Source of the DNA: Lama guanicoe | Lineage: Eukaryota | DNA: 64,000 bases | Assembly (NCBI GenBank): GCA_013239625.1 | Contig: MU053629.1 | Span: 3,251,567-3,315,566 of the forward strand | Reading direction: 5' to 3' | Shown: positions 12,601 to 26,360 of the stretch, in pieces | Layout: every line of letters starts with the position of its first letter | How positions within the stretch are numbered: the first letter of the stretch is position 1 | Made by a program: the position numbers and the translations under genes | The notes under the pieces: generated by a model | What the model saw: only the letters and a program-made list of their open reading frames with translations | What the model was told of the DNA's origin: nothing | Database searches by the model: none

Positions 12601-14624
12601 TATTATATTTATAAATAGATAAAGAACAATAAAAATTATAAATATGTTTTTAAAAATGCGTGTAAGGGATGGATGTCTGAAAACTTCCTGACCTTCATGG
12701 TTCCAGAAAAACTTCTCCTTGGGCCCCACACCTTAAGGGGAAATAGCGGCCTGAATGGGTGCCACGGAGCAGGGGCCCCCCACTTAGGGGTCCTGACCCT
12801 CAGCAGACAGTTGTGGGGCACTCCTCTCTGTCCCAACACTCGAGCACAGCCCTTAGGCATGGCCTTTCCATGCTTCAGCTTCCAAGAGGCCTCCTCTGAG
12901 GCTGTGGTTTAGGGTCAGAGGGACTGGCTTGGTCACACTCGTGGGGACTGCCATGCGTGGACGCAGAAGTGACCCAGCAGCATGGCTGCAGCGATCAGCT
13001 CTGCCAGCCCCGGAGATCCTGGAAGGTCTCAGCCACCCTTCTGCCCTTCCCTTCAATAGATCCTCCGGTTCCAGGTCCTTGCTCGGGTGTGAAGACCACC
13101 CTGGGAAAAGCATCCTACATGCACGGAGATCTGGGGGATGCCGGCCTCTAAGCTCTCCTGCGTTTCTGGTTTCCATCTCAGCCGCCAGCTTTTTGGACGC
13201 TTAGGGTTGTATCTTGGCACCAATTTTACTTTTTACTCTGAGAACCAGAAAGCACAACACCAAATCTGAAATCACTTCTTTCTCTCTCCTTCCATGTCCC
13301 TAAAATTCTGTTTTGAAAAACAAAAATCTCAATTTTCTCAATTTGATTACTGGGCATTTATTTTAAAGACTCCAAAATCGCCTTGAAAAGAGGGTGGGGG
13401 AATGACGGCTGACTCAGCGATTATGGCTGAAAACTGTTGTCCCCAGACTCTCAGTACCTTTGGTACCTTTGTCACATCTCCCTCTGCCAGGTGTCCCCTG
13501 CTCCCTGCTCCCCTCCCCCTGGTGGTGGCAGAGCCATTCCCTTGGGCCGCATGGTGGGCAAGTGACTGCTGGTTAGGCTCAGGCAACACTTACACACACT
13601 GGTGTCCAGGCTGGTTCTGTGTGCTCTGTTTTTTTTCTCTCCCCTTTCTCCCATTTCCCCCAGACATAGATTAATCACAAGTTAATAGGAACCGAAAGCT
13701 GAACAATACAGGAATCTTTTCACGGTGGATTTTTCTGCCATTTTTTTCTGGCTGCTCTGAGATTTCTATCAATGCAGCATCTGGTGGCTAAATCGAATCT
13801 TTCAAAAGTAATCCACGATCATGGCTGCTGGAATTCGTCTATGACAATCCAATTGTGGAGGGGACATGGGCAAGGTCTGAGACAGGCGCTTACTTTCTCA
13901 AGGTCATTCCTTTATGAAGGAGGACGCTTTCTTTGTGTGTGCTACAAAGCGTTTAAAAACGGAATGAAGTGTTGGGGAATTTCACCAGCCACTCCTTCCT
14001 TCCCTGCGCATGTGGGTTCGACTTCTTTGAAGCAGCCTCTCCAGAGGGGCACAGAGCAGTGAGGGACTGGGACCAGATGAGGAGGGTTTTCTTCGGTCAG
14101 GGGTTGGGGAGTACTTTGCATCTCTAGAAAAGATGCTCAAGGTCTTCCTTGCAAGACGTCCTGGTGGGGCTCGGCTGCAAGCTCTTGCAGAAGCCAGTGG
14201 GGAAAGAGGCAGGGTTTCTGGGGATCCCACATTCCATCTGTCAGGGAGTTAGATGGAAGCTTCACTTCCCAAGACCACAAGGAAACTTTTACCCCCACTG
14301 GGCTGATGAAAGGTTGACAGACATATTGGGAAACTGAGACAGAGAGAGAAGTACACATACCAGACCACTGGCTCAGTCAGAGGTGTTTTGAAGGCCAGGC
14401 CTCGGGGCCCCAGACCCACCCAGAACCTGCAGCTTAACTGCCTTGGGTTTAGGAGTCACCGAATCATCCCGCTGCTTTTCCTGGATCCCAAGAGAAGGGT
14501 CCAGAATGGGACAAAGGCTCACGGGAGGAGAGGCGTGACCTGTGCCCACACGGAGGAAGAGAGCTGTTCTCTGTGTCCAGGAGAGCAAAGCCAAGTGCAG
14601 CACGAGACAGGTTCAGTGTGACCA

Positions 14625-14838
14625 GAGACTCTCAACCTCAGACCATTTTGCCTCCCCCCGACCCCATCTAGGAAACATTTTTGGTTGTTAGAACTCGGGG
14701 CTGTGATATTGCTACTGGCATCTAGTAGTAGAGACCAGGGATTCTGCTAAACATTCTGCAATGCACAGGACAGCTGCCCACAGCAAAGAATTATCCAGCC
14801 CCAAAAACATCAAGAGCGGTGAGGTCGAGAAATCTTGA
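14625..14838 (+). mobile_element. MER20 (hAT-Charlie)
   Basis: acatttttggttgt..gctactggcatctagt..agagaccagggattctgctaaacattctgcaatgcacaggacagc..caaagaattatccagccc. Confidence 0.88.
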
Positions 14839-15691
14839 CTTAGACTAAAGCAAAACCTTGTGAGTGTTGGGGACTCAGTCACGGGGGCAGTGTGCCAAGA
14901 GAAAGGGGTGAAAATTTTTTTTTTTTAAAGTAGGGCAGATATCAGCTCAGGGGGCAGAACCACCTAGATAGGGGAATGGGCTGTTTAAGATGAATTCAGC
15001 GATTCTTTCTCCTGAAGGTCTGCTCTGTGCCAGGCAACAGGCAACGCTGAGGCCGCAGAGATGGACAAGCCCGGGCTGAGACACGGGGAGGTGGTCGAGC
15101 CGACACGGAGGAACCCTGCCTGGGGGGCTGGCTGCCAGGGGCTCCTGGAGCCCCCTCACCTAAGCAGCACTACTGCCTCCCAACCCCCCAAACATGACAC
15201 ATGTTAAAGACCGTAAAGCAAATAATCATCAATATTGAATGGGCTGAGATTAGCGGCGGAGAAGAGGGAGTCCTTCCAGATTAATAACGCATCGAGGACT
15301 CCTTCAGAGGAGGGATGAATTATGCAGGGCACGGTTGCGCAAGCACGGGAAGAAAACAATAGCTCTTTAATTTGGGGGTTGGCTGGATCTCTGTGGCAGG
15401 AACTCTCCCTGCATCTTACCTCAGCGGCAGCCTTGCTTTCTGTCCTCCCCTGGCTCCCCCTTAGGGATAGGGGGTCCTAGTGACAGGGTGAAGGCCCCCT
15501 ACCCCTGTGGGGAAGCCAAGGGACCCCTATGTTTAGAGACTTGGAGTGCTCACCCTTCCTTCCAGACCAAGCCCTGAAGCCACCTCCTCCAGGAAGCCTT
15601 CCCTGACCAGCATAGTAGTCTCCTATGGTGCTTTCTGTACAGAGCCCTGGGTCACCGTTACTTGAGCCCATGTTGGGACCCAGCAGGTTCA

Positions 15692-15842
15692 CGTATTTCA
15701 CCAATTCTAAGATAGACTCTCCCTTACATTTTCTGATGGATGTGTTATCCAGTCAATGGTATGTCACGGTTCAGTTTTGGTAGTACATTAAATAAAGCAG
15801 TGCTTCACTACTGGTGGTGTTTTGTATTTGAAGAAATATGGC
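15692..15842. mobile_element. MER104-like (TcMar-Tc2) MITE
   Basis: Terminal inverted repeats cgtatttcacc.attctaagat ... ttgaagaaatatgg. Confidence 0.5.
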
Positions 15843-16744
15843 AGAGGTACTCAGTGTGTGGGTGCTCCAGGCTCAAGTTCCTGAGGGCTGGACTGGGGCC
15901 GAGGGACCCTTTATTACTTCCTCGCAGTTGGCCCTGCAGGCTCTCAGTGTTTGTTAAATGAATGACTGAGCAGATGAGTGCTTAAGTCATATTCAGGCCA
16001 GCTCCACTGGCTCAAGGGCCCCCTCCTAACAGTCTCCTTTCCTACCTTCTACCCTAGTGGGTAGCACTGCCCTAGCCCCTCAGCTGAACTGAGTGGAACT
16101 GAGGACTAAGGACCGAGTCTGTCCAAGCCATAACACTTGCTAAGATGCCCTTACTTACAGTGACCAGAGGCTCTCAGGGGACATGTAGAGAATTAAAAGT
16201 TGGGAATGAAGAGGGATCGAGGCTAAGTCCTGGCTGTCCCAGAGACAGGAGTCTCAGTCTGGCCTGCAAACAGTCACATCACCCACTGCCCTGAGCAGCC
16301 GGTCCTCCCCGAGCTGTCCTGCAGGCCTGAGGGGAGAAGGCGCCTCCCCCCTCCCTTCACCGCCCTGATAAGAGGTGGCCACACACAGGGCTGTGGAAGT
16401 GCTTATCTGGGGCCTGACAGCCTCATTTATTCCCCAAGGGCGGTGCCAGGCGGTGCAGGAAGCAGGAAGCCAAGGAGCTGGGAGAGGCGGCCCCCAGCAG
16501 CTCTGGCTTCTCCACTTCCAGGAAGCAAGGGTGGGGCCAGCTTCAGCCCAGATAGCCCCAGGCACCAAAGAACACAGTGCGCAGGGAGAAGCTGGCCCCA
16601 AGCCAAGACCTTGATGAAAGGCCGGCCCTCTGTCCCACCTGCTCCTCCACCCTAGCCGGGGCCTTCTGGGACAGCCCTCTGCGGGCCCCAGGTGAGCCAC
16701 GCTGGATTTTAAGGTCCCTTCTAATACTGACCCTCTGTGGCTCA

Positions 16745-17278
<534 letters not shown>

Positions 17279-17376
17279 TCACTCTCCTCCTCCAGGAAGT
17301 ACTCCATGGTTTAGTCACCCCAGTCCGTTCCCCGCTCCATGCCAGTTCCCCTTAGTCCCCAGGACTGAGTTCATAC

Positions 17377-17745
17377 TATCATATTTCATTGATTATCGGC
17401 ATTATGTGTTTTTTAAAATTTTTTATTACAGTAAATATGTATAACATAAAATTTACCTTTAACCATTTTTAAGTGGACAATTCAGTGGCATTAATTATTC
17501 ACATTATTGTGCAACCATCACCACCATCCATCTCCAGAACCTCTGCATCTTCCCAAACTGAAACTTCTGTACCCGTTAAACAAACCTTACGCTTTTAAAA
17601 TATATTTTAACGTCTCTGAAATCAGATTAAGTCTTATAACGGATGGTGTGTCATAGTTTAATTATCAGGGTTTTTCATTCTTAGCAGTGAATACACTAAT
17701 GATGCATCTTACAATTGGTGGCATCTTAGATTTGATGAAAAGGGG
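17377..17745. mobile_element. MER104-like MITE interrupted by an L1 3' end
   Basis: atatttcattgatt..ttttaacgtctctgaaatcag..gatgcatcttacaattggtggcatcttagatttgatgaaa. Confidence 0.6.
17410..17585 (-). mobile_element. L1M (L1MA/MB-like) 3' end
   Basis: ataacataaaatttacc.ttaaccatttttaagtg.acaattcagtggcatta..ttgtgcaaccatcaccaccatccatctccagaac. Confidence 0.85.
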
Positions 17746-20700
17746 TAATTTTGTTTCTACTCATTCTCTGTTTTTTGAATCCTTTGGGCAGCGGTACAGT
17801 CTCCCTTTGTCATCCTGGGAGATGAGCCTCTTCTGCAGGGTGGGATTTCCCTGTGAGTACAGAAGCATCCTCCTTCATCAGACCAGGGGAACCCCCATGA
17901 CAGGGGCTATTTCCTCTTTCTTAGACTAGGGGGGTCCCCTCAAGGCAGGGGGTGAGCCTCTCCCAGCAGCTAGTGAGCCCCCCCCCCCACAAAGAGGAGG
18001 GCTGGGTCCCGTTTGTGTCCTGCCTCAGCTCTGGCCTGGTACTTGGAGCTCCCAGCATAATGATAATTATTCGACTCATCAACTCACAGCCATTGCTTGT
18101 GGGTCCTCTGTGGGTGGGTGTAACCCCCACTGCTGACTGCCTGGCTTCCTGGATGCACCCAACACCCCTCACTCTAGTCCAGAAGCTATTTCCCTGGGGA
18201 TGTAAAGTCATTGTCACAGCAACTGGATCCTGACAGTTAAGGGGTGAACCTGGGGGCATACGAAGTAAAAGAGGTGGGTGACCCCTGCAACCCAGAGACA
18301 AACAGAAGTGGCCTCTGGACTCTGGGGTCTTGGATTATCTGCATCCCCACCCTGCTTCCAAGGTGCGGAGAACAGGGAACCGACCTTACGGCTCTGATGT
18401 CCGCTTTCTTATCACCAAATGGGAGGATAGTAACTCAGCCTCACCAAGTGTGTCAGGAGTGAATGAGAGAACATGTGCAAACATTGAGAAAGGTGCCCCA
18501 TGCCCGGTGAGGGCTCAGTAAGAAATGTGAGTTCTTATTATTACCCTTGTTAATACTGTATTCTACAGTTCTCCTAACAGAGCCCTTCTGGCATGGAAAA
18601 GCTCAAAAGGAAAAACTCCAAAATGTTAACAATGGAGTGGACTTGAGCAATTATAAGTATTTTAATGGTTATGTTTTCCCATTTTCAGATTTTCTATATG
18701 CCTTCCACAATAATCAGGGCAGAGGGGAGCAATAAAAGATGTTTAAAAATATATATATAGCCTTAGCTTCTTTATTAAATCTTGGAGAGTCCTAAGTTGG
18801 AACCAGTGTTCTCCATCGCACGCCCAGATCGTCTTCCTGCAAATCTTGCTGCATGTTAGCCAGTCTGGGGCATCATGAAGGGAGTGGGTAGAAAAGTAGG
18901 GGAGGAAAAGGAAAGAGAAAGGGGGTGTGGAGAAGGGATCGGAGGTGGAGGACAGTGAGGAGGGACACCGAGGCAGAAGGGGACGACACCGAGCGTTGAA
19001 GAGCCGGACAGTCACCTTTTAAACTGCCAGCCTCAGAATGGATTTCCCAGAAGTCACTCAGGTTGCCTCTCCTGGGATGTCTCAGACGTCAGGGGAAGAA
19101 ACCCAAGCCCGGAGACACCTCTCGACCCCTCCCTTTCACTGGAACATTCCTGCTGCCTCCCATCCAGCAGGACTGGGCAAAGCCCGCCGGGACAGTGAGC
19201 TCCCTCTGAAGGGCATGTCCCCACCCCGTCATATTTACAAAGTGACTGACTCCACAGCCCCAGGAAAAGAATCTGGAAATGAAATATTGACAACCTAATC
19301 CATTTACATAATCAGCTGCTTTTTTTTTCCTACTCACAATTTAAACAACTTATTTATTTAGAGATCAAGCAACGACTGCTAATGAATTTTACACAAAGCA
19401 CGCTAATAACAGGGCCTGTGGAACAGAAGGGTAATCACAGCAGGAATTAGTTTTCTACTTAAACATCCTTCCTTTGCAACATATCAATCTAATGTGTCCG
19501 ATATTGCCATTAACAACCAGATACATTGCTCAATTAAATTACAAAATGAGCTGCAAAAGCTTCGTTACGTTTCATGTTTAATTTGCACTGGATTCTGCCT
19601 ATCCGGGGAGGCCCGCGTTATTACACCCACTCAACTCTAATGTGCTTGCGATGATGTGGGGTGGGTTCATGCAGCTGTCACCTACAAAATTAATGGAGGC
19701 AATTTTACGAAATATTAAACACCAGGAAGCCCGTTTAGGGGGGAAACCCAAATGCTACCAGGCCCTTCTATTGAATTCTTCTCTGTCATTGATTGGCAAA
19801 ACTTACCAGAGGACCCTGAGGCTTCTGAGGTTTCTCTCTGCCTCGGGATCATAGGCTGAGCCCCAATAAGAGGCCTTAGGGTTATTTCTCCATTTGGTAC
19901 ATCTTGGTGGAAATGGAGAGCGCCAGTGAGAATGGGTCTGCTGGTGTTGAGCGGTCAGTTGGAGCCCTGGGCCCACTGGTCTCCAGCAGTGAGTGGGCTA
20001 TATTCGCTTTCACGGGGAAGTGGCCGGAAACAAAGGGGCCCTGCTCTAGTTCCGGGGTCTTTCAGCTCTTGTCCCTACTGGCTCATCCCGAGCATTTTCT
20101 TACTGGGGGAGATGGTGAGGATGGGCAGGTGGGCTCAGGGCTTCAGTCCTGCCTCCCCTTCTGCCCCCAGAGACATGATCTCTGACACGGTTCACGGAGG
20201 GATGGGTCCCCAGATCCATGCCCCACGTTCCATGTCTGGGAAGCTCATGGAGATGAACACTGGCTAATGAAGAGGTCAGATATGGTTTAAAAGGCTTCTT
20301 GCTAGGGATAAGCAAGCCCAAGGCTAAAAAAGGAAAATTTCTTTTCTGGACATCACTAAGGATTTGGGGCTGACTTCAGGAAGAGTTTGGAGGAGCCCAA
20401 TTATGTCTGTCGGTCAGAGTTGGACGACTCAATGGTTAATTCAGTCCTGATCCCTGCTTCCTGATGTAACCTGGGCAGGGGAGGCAGAGTAACAAGATCC
20501 AGGGCCAGAGATGAAACATGGATCCCACAGAAGCAGGCAAGATGTGGGAGCCTCCTCTCTACCGTCCTTGTCTCTGCTCAAAGAGACACGCGGCTGAGAG
20601 TGAGGGAGGAAACTCGCCCAGGTTCTGGGGACAAACGTCTTCCTCAAGCCCTGAATCCACCCACCATCAGACACATGGATTGTTTCTCCGCCTTCCAGAG

Positions 20701-21234
20701 CACCTGCCTACCATCATGGAACCCTTCTTACCGGGATAAGCGTGCACATCTGGTAAACCCTCCATTACGTGCTCTGTGGGTTATCCACCGTGCAAGGCGG
20801 GTTTGATTCCAGTCTGCTCTCAGGCCAGAGGATGCAAACTGATGTCAGTATTCTTTTGCCAGAACTCACATCAGAAATTAAGGTCCACTTCTAAAAGAAA
20901 TCATCCTGAACGTGTGAACTGAGTTTGCACATTCAGCTTTGGATTATCACGACCACTGCCTCCCTTCAAGAGGGCAGAATGCAGAGGGTGTGGGGGGTGC
21001 CCACCTCCTCCCCGAGGTGAGCTGATGGGAGTTCAGGGCTTGGGTCACTGGGCCGGGGGAGGGTACGCTCAGCGGGCCGAGGGCCAGGAAGGATGGGTTG
21101 GCGGAAGGTCTGAGAAAGGAACAGGGAAGCTGGCAGAAGGGTGCTGTGGGCTGGTAAACCCGAGCTGTTCCCTGCAAGGCTGCTGTAAAAACGAGTCATG
21201 TGAGCAGCAAGGACAAGAGCTAACAGCATCCTTA

Positions 21235-21465
<231 letters not shown>

Positions 21466-23574
21466 CTAGGGACCCCTTAGATTCCTTCAGTGGGAATTTC
21501 TCCCCAGTCACAGAAGCAGAGAAAGCCGGACACCATGGCTCCAAAGCCCCATTTGAGAGATGGGGAAACTCAGGCCAATTTGCCCATCCAATTATGCAGC
21601 ATGCATTTACTGAGTGCCTGTTGTATACCAGGGCCTGTGTTAGACACTAGGGGCACAAAAATATCCCATCCTCCCCTTCTACTGGGGAGAGAGATAAGAA
21701 AACAGGTAACTCTGGTACCTGGTGCTAAGTGCAGGAAAGGCAGAAACCTCCAAGGACAAAAGGAAGCGGACAGGGGACCGGAGAGGACAAGAGAGGGCCC
21801 GCGTTGGAGGATGGAAAGGCAGGCGAAGCAGTGGTAACCACTGAGGTTTCTGCTTTCTCAGCAAAGCTCGGAGTGAGTGTGGGAAGACGAAGCTCACAAA
21901 GCCTGGGGATCAGAGGCCCCGGGAGACTCTGAAGGCCAAGGCGCAGGTGCGATAAAGCAGGAGGACTCTTGGAAAGTTCGTAGAAGAGGGAATTTAACCC
22001 CAGGTTTTTAACCCCCTTTTCAAATAGCCAGGGGACTTCCCAAGACCGGCAGTTCACTTTCAGGGAGGCTAGCCCTCACTGGCTCTGGACAGAGGGAGAC
22101 CGAGCACGGCTGGGAGGAGGGGGTGGCGCTGCGAGAAACAGGGACCGTGCGGCCCCCTGCCCGCTGCCCGAGCAGACCCGCTGCTCTCTTCCCCTGCTCA
22201 GCACTGAGGCTGCGAGTGGCCGGACTCTGGAGGAGTCCTTTCTGGGGACACAGGGCTCAAGAGGAAAGACCTAGAGATACTGATATACGAGGGTCCCATC
22301 AGTCCCCAAGCCTGGCATCTCTCTCCGCTCCCAGGCTTCCAACCAGCTTTTCCAAGGCTTATACAAAACATGAACAGGAGGCCCAGGGTCACCATATATT
22401 TGACATGAGGCTCTAACGAGTTGGGAGACAGCAGTAAAGCATGTTATATAGAAATAAGGAGGGAACTGCCAGAAGAAACACCGAAAAGACTTGCACCTGG
22501 TGTCTTCAGGATGCAGCTTGCATGGGAGCAGGGGGACATTTTCTCCTCCCTCCACGAGTAGCCCTGTGGTGTCAGATACTCTAATTTTAAAATTATTTAG
22601 GTCTTTATCTTAGCATCTTAGGTCTTTACTGAATCAACTCTGGTCTCCGGCTGCTCTTCCAGCCTCTCCCACACCAGAGATGGTCATTTCTCATACAGAG
22701 ATCAAGGATTCTCCCACAATGAATTCATCAATTAGTTCAACACACAATTATTAAGCACCAATAATTGCCAACCCCGAGGAAGCTAGTTTAGTAAGGAGAA
22801 TCCTGCTGACCAGAGTCATCGATCAGTATCATCCAATTTACTTGTAATGAATTAAGTGGGAAGCTTTTGAGCTCTGAGTTTTTCCTCTGCATGTAAGTCA
22901 GACAGTGCGGGGCTGAGGAGGAGGGGAAGGCAGGGACGGAGGACTGAGCGCGCAGAGGAAGCAGCTGAAGACAGTGAGATGAGTGTGGATGCGAGGAGAG
23001 GAGCAGGGAAAAGCTAGTCAGAGGAGGGGGTCCTTCTTCCTCCTGGAGGTGATGGGGGTACCCGGGCCTGTCTTTCTCACTGTACCCCACAAGCTCTAGG
23101 GATTCCTGAGGGAAGAGAGGAGTCTTTTTGGCCAACCTCTGGGTCAGTCCTCTGCAGTCCTGGGCTGGACAAGAATACTCTGATCCTAAAAACATATTTT
23201 GAGTCATCCTGGGGGGCTGTGTGTATATCTCCCACCTCCCCATCACGGAGCACTGTGGGGACCTCCTGTGCGCGCGCGCACACTCACACACACCATCCAT
23301 CCTGATAGGCTGCAGACTCCTTGTCTCTTCCGAGTTTCTGAGACATGACCAGGGCCCCCTGAAGAGGCCAGTGGTGAAGTCTGCTTCCTTTCAACATTTC
23401 CTGGGGAAATCAAGCACCTTGAGACTTTTTGGACGGGTGGGCGAGTACCTCTTTCAGCCGCTGCTCAGCAGTCCCCAGCTGCACCACCCCAGGTCCCAGG
23501 AGCCCCAGACCCCTCCTTGGGTTTGAGCCCCTGGGGCCTGAAGTAATTTGCTGCCTCGGAGGGGCTGCTGCCTG

Positions 23575-23790
23575 GTGCGGTGGAAAGAACACTTAGACTC
23601 AAAAGTCAGGACTTGGGCTCAAAGTCCAGACCTATCTCCTCCCAGACAGCTATGCGGGGACAAGTCGTGTGATTGTTCTGAGCCTCGGTTTCCTCATCTA
23701 TCAAACGGCAGTGGTAACCCCCAGTCTCCCAGGTGGTTGTACAGATTATGTGAGATTAGATGATCAGATTACAGATTCTGTGAGATTAGA
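23575..23790 (+). mobile_element. MIR with internal 21-bp duplication
   Basis: tggaaagaacact.gact..ctgagcctcggtttcctcatctatcaaa; tacagatt(a/c)tgtgagattaga at 23740 and 23770. Confidence 0.75.
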
Positions 23791-24026
23791 GCCGTGCCTC
23801 AAAGATCAGCCCCTTTGTTAATATTAATTCAACCCAAGTGGACATCTGATGAGCACGGGCCAGGGGCCCAGTACCACTTGGGGCAGAGAAGAGGGCAGGA
23901 GAACCACATGGTCAACTCATTACCGCTGGCTGGAAAAACAGCTTTTTGGGGAAAGGCTGGGGGAAATGCAGGCTGGAAAGTACCAGCCTAAGAGAGGGCT
24001 GTGGTCTCATGGTTTCTTTCCTGCTC

Positions 24027-24400
24027 TTATGAGCTGAATTGAGTTCCCCACCCCAGATTCATACATCCAAACCCCCAGCACCTCACTCTGTGGCTGCAGT
24101 TGGAGACGGGGCCTTTATAGAGGCAGGAAAGTTAAAATGAGGTCAGTAGGGTGGGTCTGAATCCCAAATGACTGCTGTCCTCCTTGGAAGAAGGGATCAG
24201 GACAGAGACAGGTGTGGGGGAGGACCAGGTGAAGACACAGGGAGAAGTCGGCCATCCACCAGCAGGGAGTGAAGCCTCAGACGGAGCCCATCCTGCCAAC
24301 ACCTTGATCTCAGACGTCTGGCCTCCAGAACTGGGAGGAAATCCATTTTTGTGTGTGCACCCCCCAGGCTGCGCTGCTTTGTAATGACAGCCCCAACACA
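24027..24400 (+). mobile_element. MLT1 (ERVL-MaLR) solo LTR
   Basis: ttatgagctgaattg..gttaaaatgaggtca.tagggtggg..gtgaagacacagggagaag..cctgccaacaccttgatctcagac.tctggcctccagaactg. Confidence 0.88.
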
Positions 24401-26239
24401 CCTGCCCTGTGGTCAGCCGAGTGTGTGTCTCCAATTGCAACGGGATCTCGGGCTGTGTAGCATCCAGAATGTTGGAGATGAGGTGGGGCAATAGGCCTGT
24501 GCCTCTCTGGTTAAAACAATGGTTGTGTCTGGAAACGAGCTGCACTTTAAGAGGACCGTGGCTAAATGGAGCATAAAAAGGAGGGGGCCAAGATGGTGAC
24601 AGACTCAAGGTTACACCAAGGAGACTCAGCCTCTCCGATCACCTAATTGTCACCGCTGTCCCAGTGCCATGGATGCCCTCAACGGACAGTGAACAGTGGT
24701 TGGTGTGGGCGCTGTGGAAACGATCCAGGCTGCAGGCTGGGGCTTGGGGCTCCATGAAGAATCCTTCCCACACCGGAGCTCCCAGGACTCTTCAGCCTCA
24801 GCTCCAAATACCTCTGCTCCTCCACAGTAACTGGTCCTATTTCCCCGCAAGTCAGGCCTGTTTTTGTGCACACGTGCACATGTGTCCAGCCTCCACCATT
24901 AGACTGCGAATTTCTAAAAGGGGGTCACCACATCTCCTACCTCCCAACCATTGGCAGAACCCACTCTCATCAACCTGCTCACACTTGGCTTCCCTCCTCT
25001 GAAAGGTCTCAGAGCCCAGAAAAAAAGAGAGGAAACAATCCTCCAGGCTCTTTGCAAAGACCCTCCGGGACAGGCTCAGCACAGCTGGGCAAATGTCGTG
25101 TCCTGTGGGCACACACCAGATTCCTGGTGGCCAGGGATCTCCGAGAAGGGGCCTGGAGGGCCAGAGCTCCTGGTGGCTCCTCTCCAATTCTGCATAAAGC
25201 CTCGGTTCTTTGGGGACCTGCACCGTATGAGTTGAGCAATCGTATTCTTCAGATCTCTGAGTGTGACAAAAGCCACCATGGGGCCACCAGGAAAGTGAGG
25301 CAATGGACGGTGACACGGAGAGGACCCTTCTGCCGCACACCCTCCCCCTGGCCCCAGCCCTCCCTGGGAGGGGCCTCAGGCCTGAGTTCGCAGCTTCATT
25401 GCTCTGTGACTCAGCATGCAGGAGGGGTATTAATAATTCATACAAATCTGCAAGTTAAATGCTGTGTCAAAAATAGAAATGCAATTGTCTACCAAAAAAA
25501 TTAAAAATATAAAGTCCCCAAATCCAAAGGCTTCTGTTGACAGAGTTTCCTATCATCTGAAAGAACAAACCTCTCAGCGTGTGGCGGAGGAAAATAATCT
25601 CTTCCTCCGTGTGTTGGCTTCCCCCTTCCCCTTCTTCAATCACCAGCCCCATGAGTCTCTCCAGAGAGGACTGTACAGTTACCAGCCTGCCTGTGGCCTG
25701 TTCTGCCCCCACTTCATCCTGACCCGACCTCCCTGCCCGCTGGGTCTCCGAGGACCCAGCCCACAAGGGGTGGAATTCCAGAAGCTGGCTGGGGATGAGA
25801 GGGCCCTTCCAGAGGGAGGTTCAGGGTGGGAGGAACGGGCAGGTGTGGGAGAGGCGGCAGCCCCTTTCTCCTCCTCGGAAGAGACAGACAGACACCAAGG
25901 GCTGGGATTCAGGAGTCAGGAGACCTGGCTTCCAGCTCCACCTCCCTCTTCACCACCCGTGTGGCCTTGGCCAGGTCACTTAGCCTCTCTGGGCCTCAGC
26001 TTCCTCACCTAAGAGAGGGAGATATTCACAGACCAGTGGTGTTCAATGTCTTCAAGCTGGGAGACCCTGTTTTTACGTGTTATCTTACCGAGAACCTCTA
26101 AGTAGATTAAAATGGAGAAGTGGGGGTGTGTGGGAGCTGGAGCCCCAGTTATTAGGCTATGCGCCCTCACCCTCACCTCCAAGAAACTCTCAGGTTCTGT
26201 GAAACACAGAAGGAAATCGTACAGACTCAATCGATTACT

Positions 26240-26360
26240 TCCAAATGCAGGCTTGCGGACAGAGTTGGCTGCCTCAGAGTCATCTGGGGAGGTTATTAAA
26301 AATAGAGATCCCTGGGCCTCAGGAGGTCCCTGGCGGAGCCTGGGAATCTGTATTTAACCC
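26240..26360. mobile_element. MER5-family fragment
   Basis: ttggctgcctcagagtcatctggggaggttattaaaa..gggaatctgtatttaac. Confidence 0.5.

Noticed and set aside
23740..23790. Direct repeat with spacer, superficially CRISPR-like
   Set aside because: Only two copies inside a MIR in a mammalian intron; local duplication.
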